Positions 34,201-48,072 of a DNA stretch of 64,000 nt are shown here, in pieces. Under the pieces are notes generated by a model. The model made no database searches, was not told the origin of the DNA, and saw only the letters and a program-made list of their open reading frames with translations. The DNA comes from Azolla caroliniana (Eukaryota; Plantae; Polypodiophyta): NCBI GenBank assembly GCA_043228905.1, contig JBHGNT010000015.1, forward strand, positions 10,788,001 through 10,852,000, read 5' to 3'. Each line of letters opens with the position of its first letter. Within the stretch, counting starts at the first letter, position 1. The position numbers and the translations under genes are program-made.

Positions 34201-36911
34201 TCAGAACTCGGATTGGAGGTAAGGTCCGGAGTCGGAGGCAAGTACTAGGACGCGGACTCGTCAAACACAACGTCGCGGCTCACGCGCGCTTGTTTGGTGC
34301 GAGGGTTATAACACTTATAACCCTTCTGCTCGTCCGAGTAATCGACCAAGATACATTTCTTGGCCTTTGTGTCCAGCTTCCTCCGTTTCTCCTTCGGCAC
34401 ATGCACATATGCAATGCTACCGAAAACTCGTAAGTGTCGCAAGTTTGGCTTCGTTCCGAAATATAGCTCATGCGCTGACACTTTGTCTCCGATCCGGTTT
34501 TGGATGTATACCTCGGTTCGTACCGTCTCGGCCCAATAGAACTTGGGCAAGCTCTTTTCTTCCAGCATTGCCCGCGCCGCTTCCACAACCGACCGATTTT
34601 TCCTCTCGGCCACGCCGTTTTGCTCCGGCGTGTATCTATAACTAAATTCGTGCCGAATTCCCATATGTTGTAGATAACCGTTGAATTGACCGGAAAAGTA
34701 TTCTTTTCCGCCATCTGACCGCAGGCACTAGATCTTCCTTCCTGTTTCCGTTTCCATGAACCCTTTGAGGTCCCGGAAACAGTCCCCCACACATCGGAGT
34801 GTATCAAGTCGAGCTTGTTCCGACTCCGGTTACGCTCGTTTGGGAAGGGAAGTCGGTGTTGCTTCCCAAGCTGGTAGGATTTGCAAATTTGTGCTTTCCG
34901 GCCACTAAAATTGGGCAATCTGAACACCACCTATTTCGATTGCAGGTCCTGAAGCCGTTGGTAGTTGACGTGGCCTATCCGTTTGTGCCATAAGTCGATG
35001 TCCGACTCGACTTTTTGTCCCTTCGCGAACATTGTGGTGCCACCGTCAGTAGAGTCGAGGATGAACATCCTCCCATCTCTGTGCCCTTGCGCAATAACAC
35101 GGCCTTCTTCCTAAATGAAGCACCCGAGGTGGGTAAACCGAACCTGCATTCCCTGGTCGACGATCTACCCGACCGACACCAGATTCTTCGTGATTGTCGG
35201 GACGTGTAACACGTTCATAAGTTTCCCTTTCTGCTCGACATGGCTCAAGGGAACTTCACCGACATTCGCGATCGGATGCGGAGTGTCGTCTCCATTGCGA
35301 CTACTCCTAGTTGCGTCGGTTTCTCAAGGTATGAGAACCACTCCTCGTGGCACGTCATGTGGTTTGACGCGCCGGAGTCGACGTACCACACCTCCTCCGA
35401 CTTCGGGGGGATCTTCTTCATTGAGTTTGCTTCGTGTCTCGTCACGAAGACTGACTCTTTTCCGGCTTCTTCGGATCCTTTGGCATAGTGCGATTGTTGC
35501 CGATTTCCTTTGTCGGTCTGTCCGGAACCTGTTCCGGACCCGGTTCTCTCCAAATCGGCGCACTTTTTCCAGCACTCGCTCTCCCTATGGCCTTTCTTGC
35601 CACAGTACCAGCATTCCGCGGCGGATTTCCCTTGGCGGTTCTCGTTGCCTCGACTCCCCCTGTTTCCGGAGGGTCCGGAATTGCTATCGGCATCACTTCG
35701 GTGCCTTCTTCCTTGATCCTGTCGGCCACCTCCATTGCGTACCGACTCGCCTCGTCCGCCACGACCACGGGGCCTCTCTCCCTCCGTGTACAACATCTTG
35801 TTGTCGGCATGCGTGCTTGTCGACACACCCGTGTGGTTCTCCTCTATAAGGAGCATCGACTGTAGGTCGAAAAACGACGACGTATTCTCCCGTGTACACA
35901 CAACAGTTTAGAACGCTCCGAACTTTGACGCCAAACCCCCGAGACAGACCTGGACCATCTCGCTTTCCTCGATGTTCACATCGATGGAAGCTAAGGAGTC
36001 GCATATGTCCTTGATCTTCGAGGTATAGTCAGCCACCGACAAATCGCGTTGTTGTAGGTTGCTCAACTCCTGTCGGAGCTGAAGCTTCCTGGCTGTGGTG
36101 GTCGCGACGAAGATCTTCTTCAGATTTTCCCACGCACCCTTCGGTGTTTTTGCATCCCGAATGTAGCTTAATAGTTGTTCGCCCACACAAGACGCGAAAC
36201 AGTACAACACTCTGCTCGCCGATTGTTCCCACACCGGGAAGTCTTTGTGTGTCGAATCGGGTGCTGTGTCATTTGCTCCATCGACATAGCTCCAGTAACT
36301 GTGTCCGAGCAGGTACTGGTGCATCTTGTAGGACCATGATGCGTAGTTGGTTCTGTCGAGCTTCTCCGTCGGAAGCGAGCCATCCATTCCTTTTTCCATC
36401 GATTTTCTTGTTCTTCTTCGTTGGTTTTTCCTTCAAGCAAAGTCGACTACAGAGGTTCTCAACCCTTGCGCTCTGATACCATGTAAAGAATGGCGTGCGG
36501 AAGCAATATAGGAAAACCGAACAACAGAAAACGCAGGTTTAATGGAAAGCTTAGGTTTGCATACTACGCACGGGAGAGACAGAGAGAGAGTAAACACAAG
36601 AACTTAATTCAAAAAATAATACTCGATCTATACATACACCGTGCTCAGTGAGCACCTTTTATACAAGCCCTGACAATTGGGTTGACACAAGTATTGACAG
36701 TACTTGATTGCTCATAAATGAGCCTAGACACTTACTCCCAAAACTATCCCTTACGAGGAATATCTCTCTAACGGCCTTTCGGTTTACGCACCGATACGAC
36801 CTCTCGTTACGCGCCGGTTTGCGTATCCGTTTTATGCACCGGTCCGGCCTAACCGATCCAGTCCTTGGCTTGCTCAGCCGATACGGCCGATGTTGAGCTT
36901 GTCTCTCAACA
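31245..36911 (-). mobile_element. Ty1/copia element E, full-length, degenerate
   Basis: LTRs 31245-31697 and 36482-36911, PBS 36470-36481, PPT 31698-31708, TSD TGATG (31240-31244, 36912-36916). Gag (MEKGMDGSLPTEKLDRTNYASW) through RNase H with stops and a deletion near 34780. Confidence 0.94.
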
Positions 36912-36958
36912 TGATGTAACATATTCAATAAAGGAAATGACTTTGTACTAGGCCTAGT

Positions 36959-39900
36959 TGTTGGGATTACGGTCCCTCCGGATGGGATGATCGGATGTCC
37001 GGAGATGTATGACAGCAAACCCGGTTTCGGAGCCGGATGATGAAGACCCGGTTTCGGAGCCGGATGATGAATATACCCGGAGAGAGATCCGGATGCGGGG
37101 ACATATTTGTGAATATGTTTGCCAAGGGCCCTTGAGGCTACATTTGTAAATAAGCCCGAAAGTCATATGTGTATAAATATGACTTAGGGCAAACAGTTTT
37201 TATGTTGCTACTCATTTTTCTGTTTTTCCACTCAAGAGGAGTGAAGAGAGAGCAGCCGTGAGAGAGATAGAGCGTGAGAGAGGAAGAGGTCGACGCCTCT
37301 GTGTAATTCCGCCGCCTGTGGCGAGGACAACGAGCTCAAGGTCGTCGCCTTGCAGCTTGCCATTGTATATTTCTCTGTGCATAGTTTTGGTTCGGAGTCT
37401 TGTACTCCCGTGGTTTTTCCCGTACAGGTTTTCCACGTTAAATCGTGTGTCCACTCTATTTTTCGCATTTCCCATTTTCTGCAACAACGATTCGTGTGTT
37501 TCCTTGGTTGTGGCCGAGAGGTGAAGTTTGGAAAGTGACGATTATTTCCATCAATTTGGTATCAGAGCGAGCTGCTGCAGAAAATGGAAGGCGGTGGCAG
37601 CGGGCAGCCGGGGATGATGGTGCTGAATGCGCAGAATTACGCCGACTGGAAGATCAAGATGGAGGATCTTCTGATTGTTCGGGACCTGTACGAACCGATT
37701 GACAGGTCGGAAATACCGAAGGGGGTACTTGAGTCGGAATGGAGGCTTCTGAACCGGAAAGCCGTTGCAACCATTCGGCAATACGTCGACGTGAGCGTTC
37801 TACAACATGTGGCGAACGACACCAACGCATATGAGATGTGGCGGAAGCTGTCGGGCCTCTACGAGAGGAAGAATGCGTTGAACCGGACCTCCCTGATGAG
37901 GAAGATAGTGAACCTCAAGTACCGGGACGGCAAGAGTATGGTGGAACACGTAAGCACGTTCATGGGATTCGTGAACCAGCTTGCGGCGATCAAGTTCCCG
38001 TTGGAGGATGCAATGCAAGCCATCATCCTGATGTGTACATTGCCGGAAAGCTGGGAGAACCTGGTGGTGACTCTCAGCACCTCCTGCACCGAAGATAACT
38101 TGTCCCTACAAACGGTAAAGACAAGTATTTTGAACGAAGAAGCGCGTCGGAGAGATAAAGAACCGGCCTCCGACTCGAAGGCGCTGCTTACCGAATCAGA
38201 ACGGGGAAGACAATGGAACCGGAGTCCGCAAAGACGGGAGAAGTCGGGGACCCGGTCGCAGTCAAGAGGAAGACCCACATGCTTCCACTGTGGGAAGCCG
38301 GGGCACTTCCGGAAGAATTGTCGGCATTACCGAAAGGACAACGGAGCCGACGACACCGATTCGAAGAAGTCACCGGAGAGAAATGGTGCATACCGGGGAG
38401 CCACGGACCGGAGAGGTCCGGATCGGCAAGGGCAGGACAGGAAAGGAACGACGGCACTCGTGGCAAGTGAGGAAGAAATCATGCTCATCACCGAAGAAGG
38501 TGAACTAAACATTGTCGGCGATGAGACGACCTGGGTGGTCGATTCCGGAGCGTCGTTCCACCTGACCCCGGAAAGAAGATACTTCTCATCCTACACAGCC
38601 GGTGAACATGGCCGTGTTCAGATGGGAAATGAAGGTACGTGCCGGATTGCCGGCATAGGAGACGTGTGGTTGACAACCTCGACCGGATGCAAAATGCTGC
38701 TGAAGGATGTCCGACACGTTCCGGAGGTTCGATTGAACCTGATTTCGGCCGGGAGGCTAGACGATGAAGGCTACACAGGTACCATCCGGAACGGCGTAAT
38801 GAAGTTCAGCAAGGGGAGCCTGATAGTGGCTCGGGCCCGGAAAGTCAACACACTGTACATGATGAATGCCCGGTTATGTCCGGAAGAGCTGAATGTGGCA
38901 GCCGACACTGCCGGTGAGCTGTGGCACAAAAGACTGTGCCACATGAGTGAGAAGGGGATGAAGAGGCTTGTAGAAGACAACCTTATTCCAGTGAAGCATG
39001 TGCACCTGGAGAAGTGCACCGATTGCCTGGCCGGTAAGCAGAACCGAACCTCCTTCCACTGAAGGCCACCGACGAGACGTAGTGTACCATTGGAGTTGGT
39101 ACACACTGATGTGTGTTAGGTAGAAACGAAGTCACATGGCGGAGCCCAGTACTTCGTGACATTCATTGATGATCACAGCCGGAAGCTGTGGACGGCACCG
39201 TTGAAGACAAAGGACCAAGTGTTGTCCGTCTTCAAAGAACTCCACGCGAGAGTGGAAAGAGAATCCGGCAAGAAGCTGAAAGTGATACGAGCGGATAACG
39301 GAGGGGAATACCGGGGGCAGTTCGCGGAGTACTGTCGCTCGAAAGGAATCCGGCTCGAGTTTACTGTGCCGAAGACGCCGGAACTGAACGGGTTGGCCGA
39401 GAGGATGAACCGGACCATAATGGAGAGGGTCCGGAGTATGCTGGCGCATGCGAAATTACCCAAGGGATTTTGGGCTGAGGCAATGTCGATGGCGACATAT
39501 GTGATAAATAGATCACCCTCAGTACCCCTGGATGGAGACACGCCACAGAGAGTGTGGACCGGTAAGGAAGTGTCCTATCGGCATCTGAAGGTGTTCGGGT
39601 GTCTCACATACGTGCATGTGGCAAAGGACCGGAGAGGAAAGCTAGATCCAAAGACCCGGCCATGCATATTCCTCGGTTACGGCGACGACGAGTTCGGCTA
39701 CCGAGTATGGGACCCGGTCGACAAGAAGATATTCAGGAGTCGAGACATCATCTTCATGGAGGACAAGACACTCGCCGACTGGGAGTCGGAGAAGAAGATG
39801 AAGAGCTCCAAGTCGACTGGTGAGGATCAACTCTACGAGGAGCAGTCCCGACCGGCAAGGGACCGGTTAGCACTCGAGGATCCGGCCGAAGACAATGAAG

Positions 39901-42263
39901 AAACAGAACCGGCCGAGGAAGATGAAACTGATACCGGAACCGGCCCCGATCCCGAAATGGATTCGGATGAAGAGGAAACGGAGGAGCCGGTTACCGAAGC
40001 TCCGGAACGGAGATATCCTCTAAGAGAGAGAAGGGCTCCCCGGAGATTTCCGGAACCAGAGCACGTGCTGCTAACCGACGAGGGGGAGCCGGAGAGCTTT
40101 GAAGAAGCAAAGCATGACACCCATAGCCGCAGGTGGTTAAGTGCCATGCAGGAGGAGATGGATTCCCTGCATGAGAACCACACATATGAACTTGTGGAGT
40201 TGCCGAAAGGAAAACGGGCACTCTGTAACAAGTGGGTGTTCAAGCTGAAACCGGGAGATGCCGGAAACCCCCCGAGATACAAAGCCAGGATCGTGGTGAA
40301 GGGGTTCCAGCAGAAGAAGGGCGTCGACTTCGACGAGATATTTGCCCCGGTAGTGAAGATGACCTCTATCCGGACGGTGCTGAGCATAGCGGCAAGCATG
40401 GACCTCGAGGTAGAACAGATGGACGTGAAGACGGCATTCCTTCACGGTGACCTCGAAGAAGAGATATACATGCAGCAACCGGAAGGATTCGAGAAGAAAG
40501 AGAAGGAGCACTTGGTATGCCGGTTGAAGAAGAGCCTTTATGGTTTGAAGCAGGCTCCCCGGCAGTGGTACCGAAAGTTTGACTCCTTCATGACCGATGA
40601 AGGGTACTACAAAACGCAGTCCGACCACTGCGTGTTTGTGAAGAAGTTCGACGGAGGAGACCTTCTAATACTCCTCCTATACGTGGACGACATGTTGATC
40701 GTCGGACGGGACCAGGTCAAGATACGGATGCTGAAGAAGGCTCTTCACCGAACCTTCTCAATGAAGGACCTGGGTCCGGCGAGGCAAATACTAGGGATGC
40801 ACATCATCTGGGACCGGAAGAAGAAGCAGTTGTGGCTGTCACAGGAGAAGTACGTGACAAAGGTGCTTCAACGGTTCAACATGTCGGAAGCAAGACCAGT
40901 CGGGTCGACTCTCCCGGCAAACTGCAAGCTGTCCAACAAGCAAAGTCCCAAGACAAAGGCTGAAAAGGAGGATATGATGAAAGTGTCGTATGCCTCAGCC
41001 GTCGGGAGCTTGATGTACGCCATGGTGTGTACGAGACCGGACATAGGATATGCAGTCGGAGTGGTGAGCCGGTACATGAGCAATCCTGGCAAAGAGCAAT
41101 GGAACGCGGTCAAGTGGATACTCCGATACCTGAAGGGCACGGCAAACGTGTGCCTCCGATTCGGCTCCGGTAAGCCCGAACTTGACGGTTTTACCGATTC
41201 GGATATGTCGGCTGATGCAGATACCAGCCGGTCCACATCCGGGTATGTGATGACCTATGCAGGGGGAGCCGTTTCGTGGCAGTCGAGGCTGCAGAAGACG
41301 GTTGCGTTGTCAACCACGGAGGCGGAGTACATGGCGGCTGTTGAAGCCGGCAAGGAAATAATATGGATGAAGGACTTCATTAGAGAGCTCGGGATCCGGC
41401 AGGAGGAGTACCGACTCTACTGCGATAGTCAGAGTGCCATCCACCTTGCAAAGAACGCGGCCTACCATTCCCGGACGAAACACATCCAGCGTAGATACCA
41501 CTGGATCCGGGAAAGGATAGAAGACAAGGAGTTCGTGCTGACGAAGATCCACACGGACGAGAACGGGTCGGATATGCTGACCAAGGTGCTCACACCCGAC
41601 AAGCTGGAAGCATGCCGGAAGAGGATCGGATTGGAGAGACATCTCATGCCGAAGTGAAGGGGGAGTTTGTTGGGATTACGGTCCCTCTGGATGGGATGAT
41701 CGGATGTCCGGAGATGTATGACGGCAAACCCGGTTTCGGAGCCGGATGATGAAGACCCGGTTTCGGAGCCGGATGATGAATATACCCGGAGAGAGATCCG
41801 GATGCGGGGACATATTTGTGAATATGTTTGCCAAGGGCCCTTAAGGCTACATTTATAAATAAGCCCGAAAGTCATATGTGTATAAATATGACTTAGGGCA
41901 AACAGTTTTTATGTTGCTACTCATTTTTCTGTTTTTCCACTCAAGAGGAGTGAAGAGAGAGCAGCCGTGAGAGAGATAGAGCGTGAGAGAGGAAGAGGTC
42001 GACGCCTCTGTGTAATTCCGCCGCCTGTGGCGAGGACAGCGAGCTCAAGGTCGTCGCCTTGCAGCTCGCCATTGTATATTTCTCTGTGCATAGTTTTGGT
42101 TCGGAGTCTTGTACTCCCGTGGTTTTTCCCGTACAGGGTTTTCCACGTTAAATCGTGTGTCCACTCTATTTTTCGCATTTCCCATTTTCTGCAACAACGA
42201 TTCGTGTGTTTCCTTGGTTGTGGCCGAGAGGTGAAGTTTGGAAAGTGACGATTATTTCCATCA
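36959..42263 (+). mobile_element. Ty1/copia element G (Tork/Tnt1-like), young
   Basis: LTRs 36959-37553 and 41668-42263 differ by about 6 substitutions and 1 indel by eye. PBS 37557-37568, PPT aagggggag, TSD CTAGT (36954-36958, 42264-42268). Confidence 0.96.
37584..41657 (+). pseudogene. Copia G gag-pol, single frame broken by two in-frame stops
   Basis: ORFs 37584-39062 and 39156-41657 share a frame; TGA at 39060 and TAG at ~39117 fall in the integrase start (FH*RPPTRR...HTDVC*VETKS). Confidence 0.92.
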
Positions 42264-42663
42264 CTAGTGTCATTTCCATCCAAGCCTCTCGAAAAGAAGT
42301 GGGAGGTCAAAGGGTTTCAATGTGGGTGTGACTCGTGGTCCCCCTAGTGTAGACGGTACCCCAACCATGGCTTCTAGGCAGTGTAGCTCACGTTCGCTTA
42401 TTTTCTTAATTGTTTCTACACCATGTCGACTTGCTTTGAAACCCACCATCCGAGGGCGTTTGGTTCTTCTTTGGTTTTCTGCTTCATCAAGGAAGAGGTC
42501 GAGGTGTGTCCACATTCATCATCTCCCCCTGTCCCTAAAAAACTTCATTTGTTACATATTGGTGAATCTGAGATACGTTATCGTCAACATTTTGTAATTT
42601 GTTCTCTCTATGTAGTTTTAGCTCTAAGATATATTTGCCTAATTTCTTTATATCTAGAAGATC

Positions 42664-43828
42664 CGTCACTAGGCACGGATCGCGAGGCGGAACCGCCAGG
42701 GTTCTGGACCAGAAGGACTTGAAGTTTGCACAAGCTTTAGCGAGAAAGGAATTAAGATAGATTGAAAGAGAGAGAGATAAAGATAAGATAGAACGCTTGA
42801 TTTTAGATCGAGAGAGAGATTAAGAACTCTTGACTTTAGATTTCAAGAACAAGGTATATCATCAAAAGGATAACAAATTTTCTTCTTAATATTAATTTTG
42901 ATTTAAAGTACAAAGCTTTTTGTTATCAAAGAATCCCCCTTTGATCTTTTTCATCCCCTCTTTTATAGATGCCCTCATGCATTTGAGGGTTCAAGACATG
43001 CATAAAATGCATGTTTGCCATTTGGCACTCGTGTATTACATGTGGTGCATGATAACCATGTCACTCATTTTAGCTCTCATGCATAAGAATTTACATGTAA
43101 AAGTACAATGATAGAAATATAATTTTAACTAAATATCTTGGCTTAGTGGTAAGCCAATTGGCTACTAACTTGGAGGTGCAAGGTTCGAATCCTTACTTGC
43201 CCTCCTTGTGTATGTATATATATTTATATATTTATTTATCTAGTCACCGGTTCACCGGATGCCGTCGATTACCGGTGGCTGCCGCTAGATGTCGGTGCGC
43301 CGCCGGATGCCGTCGCCTCATCGGATCACCGGTTCTGCCTCCGCCTCGCCGGCTCCATCAAATGCTGATATCGCCGGATGACGATCACTGCCACCTCACC
43401 AGCTCTGTCAGATGTCGATCGCCAGTTACTGTCCAGTTCCGTTTTGGTTGGCCAAAAACCTTTACGAGTGGCTAGGCCACCTCTACTCTTAGTTCAAGTT
43501 ACCTTGAACTCTCTATGCTCCACACATAAACACAAAGATAATAATTGTTGCTCCACCTTGTATATGGTGAGAGCCTTATTCGTCTTGTCTATGTGGGATA
43601 TCTCACAATTTTCTCTTTTTCTTTCGCAACTTCTTACCCACATAAGTTGACACTTAGATGTCTGTTTCTTATGTAGTAAAGTACACCTCTTCAAGATCTT
43701 CGTCATTTATAATAAGATATTAAACTTACTTAGAATTAGTATATTCACTATTATTGTTTTATATAATTGACACTTGATTTCATACGTCTTATGTGATTTT
43801 CACACCATTGCCGAAAATCTTCACGACA
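42664..43828 (-). mobile_element. ~1.16-kb solo-LTR-like insert, related to those at 54357 and 58863
   Basis: Ends ...CACGACA|CCGC; the left end is degraded (CCG|TCACTAGG). TATA (CTATAAAAGAGGGG, minus) at ~42955-42968. Terminal motif CTGGTCCAGAACCCTGGCGGTTCCG (minus). Confidence 0.6.
43139..43196 (+). other. tRNA-like (Pol III A-box/B-box) segment inside an LTR-like insert; not a functional tRNA
   Basis: TGGCTTAGTGGTAAG ... GAGGTGCAAGGTTCGAATCCTT with tRNA-like box spacing and T-arm, but no acceptor stem. Confidence 0.6.
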
Positions 43829-44039
43829 CCGCCGAAGCCATATGGCTTCATAGGTTGCGATGATTGCACCCCGACACTCAACCTCAGTGCTCGACAAAGC
43901 CATTGTTGACTGCTTCTTGCTACTCCATGCAACAGCTTCGCTACCAAGGGTAAACATGAAGCTAGATGTTGACCAATGATTTGACGCATCACCAACCCAA
44001 TTGTCATATGTATAATCGACTAATTGTTCGGTTACACCA
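43829..44039 (-). pseudogene. Old copia RNase H remnant (element J), host of element F
   Basis: FTLGSEAVAWSSKKQSTMALSSTEVECRGAIIATYEAIWLRR. Confidence 0.8.
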
Positions 44040-44158
44040 TGTAAAAGTTAGCGTGCGGAAGCATATGCCAAACCGGCTCTGCCAGATAGTAACAGTAAAG
44101 AGAAGAAGGTCTAATGGAAGCTTAACACAAAGAATAAACATACACAAAAGAGAGTGAG

Positions 44159-44205
<47 letters not shown>

Positions 44206-47200
44206 TAAAACTCTATTAAAAAATAACACTATGTAACTTTGTACATAAAATGTGCTCAGAGAGCACTTTTATAAAAGTCCATAAAGGACTGACAGAAGTA
44301 TTGATAGGTATTTCAATGCTCACGCGAGCGACTATCACTGACTCCGAAAAATATGCCTACCTACTAGGCAAGATCCGTAGGTCTCTAACGGCCTACTAGT
44401 TTCAATCCGATCCGGGTCCTAGTTCCGGATATCATCCAGACACTGATCCGGTTCTCCGTTCCGAATACCGATCCGGATCCGATTGAACTTGCTCGCTCAA
44501 CACTCCCCCTCAAGCTCAACTTGAGGTCGGATCATGGTGTTAGTGTCTGCAGTAGCCGATCCTTTCCTCCAACTCCTTCTAACGTCCTCCCGCCTTGCTC
44601 GCGTTGCTCGTCCGGTCCGGTTATGCTTCCCAAGACCCATCCGGTTCTGTGCACCTCGTCCTCCTTGGTCAGCTTGTTTGCTCAGCATGCCCATCTCAGC
44701 TCCTTCGCTGCTACAACTCCAGCACTTGTCGACCCATCGGTTCCTCTGTGTCGGTTTAGACTTCCGCTACCTTCTCGTCTGCTTGGTCTTTAGTTGATCC
44801 GGCTCTTCCGAATCCAATTGTTGAACCGAATCGGCTTCCTCCGATTCGTTCCAGCTCTTGTCCGAGTTGGTAGTCTCCAACTCGTCTTCCATTTTTAGGC
44901 CCTTCACCACATCGGACCAGGTCTGGGTCTTGGCCTTCTTCCGGTCGGCTCTGTCCTTCTTGACTCTACTTGCCGCTGTCGTTTGCCCTGACTTGTTCGG
45001 ATGTGCCGACTCCTTCGGTCGGCTCGGCTTCCTTTATCTACTCATCTCCCCCCTTGGTTCTTTCTTCCTCTTTGGCTCCTTGTGCGGTGTCATCAATTCC
45101 CATTCTTGTTCTTCCCGTCAAGTGCGGGACATCGAGATGCTGAATGCTGAGCATCTCCGAAAAATGTTGCAACTTGTCTGATCGAGCGGCTTGGTGAAGA
45201 TGTCGGCAACTTGCTGATTTGTGTGAACATACCAAAGTTCAACTTCACCGCTCAGGACCCGCTCACGAACAAAGTGATAATGCACTTGTATGTGCTTTGT
45301 CTGAGCATGGAATAAAGGATTGTTGGTGAGTTGTATGTTGCTTACGTTGTCACAATAAATCAGGATTGGGGTCGGCACCTCGATCCGAAGGTCTCACAAC
45401 AGTCGCCAAAGCTAGATGGTTTCACAGATGGCAATGGTAGTGCCCTGGTATTCAACCTCAATGCTCGACAGAGCCACTATTGGCTGCTTTTTGCTGCTCC
45501 ACGCAATAGCCATGCTAAAAAGAGAAAACATGTAACCGGAGGTGGATCAGCAATCCAATGCATCACCAGCCCAATCGGCATTGGTATATCAGACTAGCTT
45601 CCCAACTATACCGTGTCGGTATAACGGTCCTCGGTCCTTCGTGCCGCTAACATACCGGAGTATCTGGTGTGCGCACTGAAGGTGCTCGACAGTCGGCTTC
45701 TACATGAACTGGCTGATCACTCTGACCGGGTAACTGATGTCAGTGATTATCAAGTATATGAGGCTTCCGACAATTTGTCGGAACCATTTCTCATCGCAGG
45801 CCAGTCCGGAGTCGTGACGTAGCTTTAGGTTCTGGTCCAAGGGTGTGGAGATCGGTCGGCATGCCGTCATGCCAGAACTTGAACAACATATTTAGCACAT
45901 AGTGTCTTTGTGAGAGCAATATGCCATTGGGGGTCCGGATCACCTCGATCCCAAGAAAATAATGAAGATCCCCCAGGTCCTTCATTTCAAATGAGTCCGA
46001 CAGTTGGGACTTCACTCTACCAGTGATGACTAAATCATCAACATATAGCAGGATACAGACCGGACCGTCCGGACCTTTTAGGATGAACAATGATGAGTAG
46101 GACTTTGAGGCCGCAAACCCCATCTTACGCAACCAGTGTGTGATCTTCGCATTCCAAGCTCGGGGGGGTTGCTTTAGACCGTAATGCGACTTCTTGAGTC
46201 GGCATACTACCAACTTGTTCATCTCCGATTATAGACCCGTTCTTCAAGGTCACCTTGAAGAAACACATTCTTCACATCCATTTGGTGAAGATCCCATCCC
46301 CTTGTTGTAGCAATAGCCAGTACCACACGAACCGTCGTCATCTTCGCTATCGGAACGAAGGTCTCGTCGTAGTCGATTCCGTGGGTCTGTGCATATCCCT
46401 TTGCCACTAACCAGGCCTTGTACCGGTTGACCGAACTGTCAACATTGTACTTCACCTTATATACCCATTTGCAACTAATCGGTTTACACTGTCGGGGAGG
46501 GTCAACTAGTTCCCATGTGTCGTTGGCATCAAGTGCCCGCATTTCTTCCTCCATTGCAGCACGCCAATTTGCATCTTTTGTTGCTTCTACGTAGCTCTCT
46601 GGCTCACGCACTTCCGCCATCTTAGTCATGTACGCATAGTGATGTGCCATGTACTCATTGTATCCCCTTCTCTTTGCGCGTGAATCGTCTCCTCGGTTCC
46701 TTGCGCGGGGAGAGCACGACATAGTCTCCACTACTCGCCAATTCTTCATCCGACTGGTCATCCTAACTCAGCCGCTCATTCGGCCCACTTAACCGGAATG
46801 AGATCGGACTCTCATCTAGAGTACCGAAGTCTTCATCTTCTACCTGGACCTCTTCGGGCTCACTAGTCTCATCTTCACAAATCGGATCAGAGTCAGAAGT
46901 TAGAGTCGGTAGAGAGTAACATGATGTTGATTCATCAAACTCGACATCTCGGCTTACTCAGACATGTTTAGTTTGGGGGTTATAACACTTATACCCCTTC
47001 TGCTCATGCGAGTAACCATCTAGGATGCACTTCTCCGACTTCGTATCTAGCTTCCTCCGCGTCTCATCTGATACATGAACATATGTTATGCTAGCGAAGA
47101 TCCAAAGGTGCCTCAAATTCGGCTTCCGCCCGAAATATAGCTCGTGTGCTGACATCTTGTCACCGATCCGGTTTTGGATGTAGACAATCGTCTGGACTAC

Positions 47201-47740
47201 CTGAGTCTAGTAGAATTTGGGCATGCTCTTCTCCTCTAGCATTGACCTTGCCGCGTTGACAATCGACTGGTTCTTTCTCTCGGCCACACCGTTTTGTTCC
47301 AGTGTGTATCGGTAGCTGAATTCTCTCCAAATTCCGTTCTGCTGCAGATAACTGTTGAATTGGCCGGAAAAGTATTCTTTTCTACCATCCGACCATAGGC
47401 ACTTGATCTTCCTCTCCATTTCCCTTTCGACTAAGCTTTGAAGGTTCTGAAAACAGTCGAAGACTTCGCTTTTCTTCTTGATGAGGTAGATCCCGCCAAT
47501 GTGCTGGCTATAGTCGTCGATGAAGGAGACGAAATATCGATTCACACCAAGACTAACATTTTGTGTTGGTCCCCATACATCCGAAAGGATTAGATCGAGC
47601 TTGTTACAGCTTCGATTTCATTCGGTGGGGAATGGTGTCAAGAATAGTACTAAACAAAGAGAGAATTAGTACTAGAGGAGGCAAGTACTATTAGTCTTAA
47701 GAGGACGGGACTGCGTAAGACTCCCGAGAGAGGAAGAGAG

Positions 47741-47785
<45 letters not shown>

Positions 47786-48072
47786 GATGATAACAGATTA
47801 TATATTATAAGAAAAGTAAGTACAAAAGGGTTATGAGGCTAAAGACTGGCATTGAACCAATTTGGTTCAACATAATGCCAAGTGCCCTCTTTTATAGTGT
47901 TCTCAGGAGTAATCCTGAAGCTTCTAGAATGTTCCAGAGAAATCTGGAATATACATTAATTTCCTATAATAAAATGTAAATGAAAATAATATTCTACATA
48001 TTACAATAGATGATATAATGGCCAAGAGCTCAACCCATATAACCTAAGGTCATGGGTTCGAGTCTTGCCATA

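Noticed and set aside
39060-39119. Programmed stop-codon readthrough between gag and pol in copia G
   Set aside because: The two stops fall inside the integrase rather than at a gag/pol boundary and fit C-to-T decay; related element B has a continuous frame there.
43139-43200. Possible genuine tRNA gene
   Set aside because: A/B boxes and a T-arm are present, but there is no acceptor stem or canonical anticodon arm and it lies inside a repeat; kept only as a tRNA-like module.
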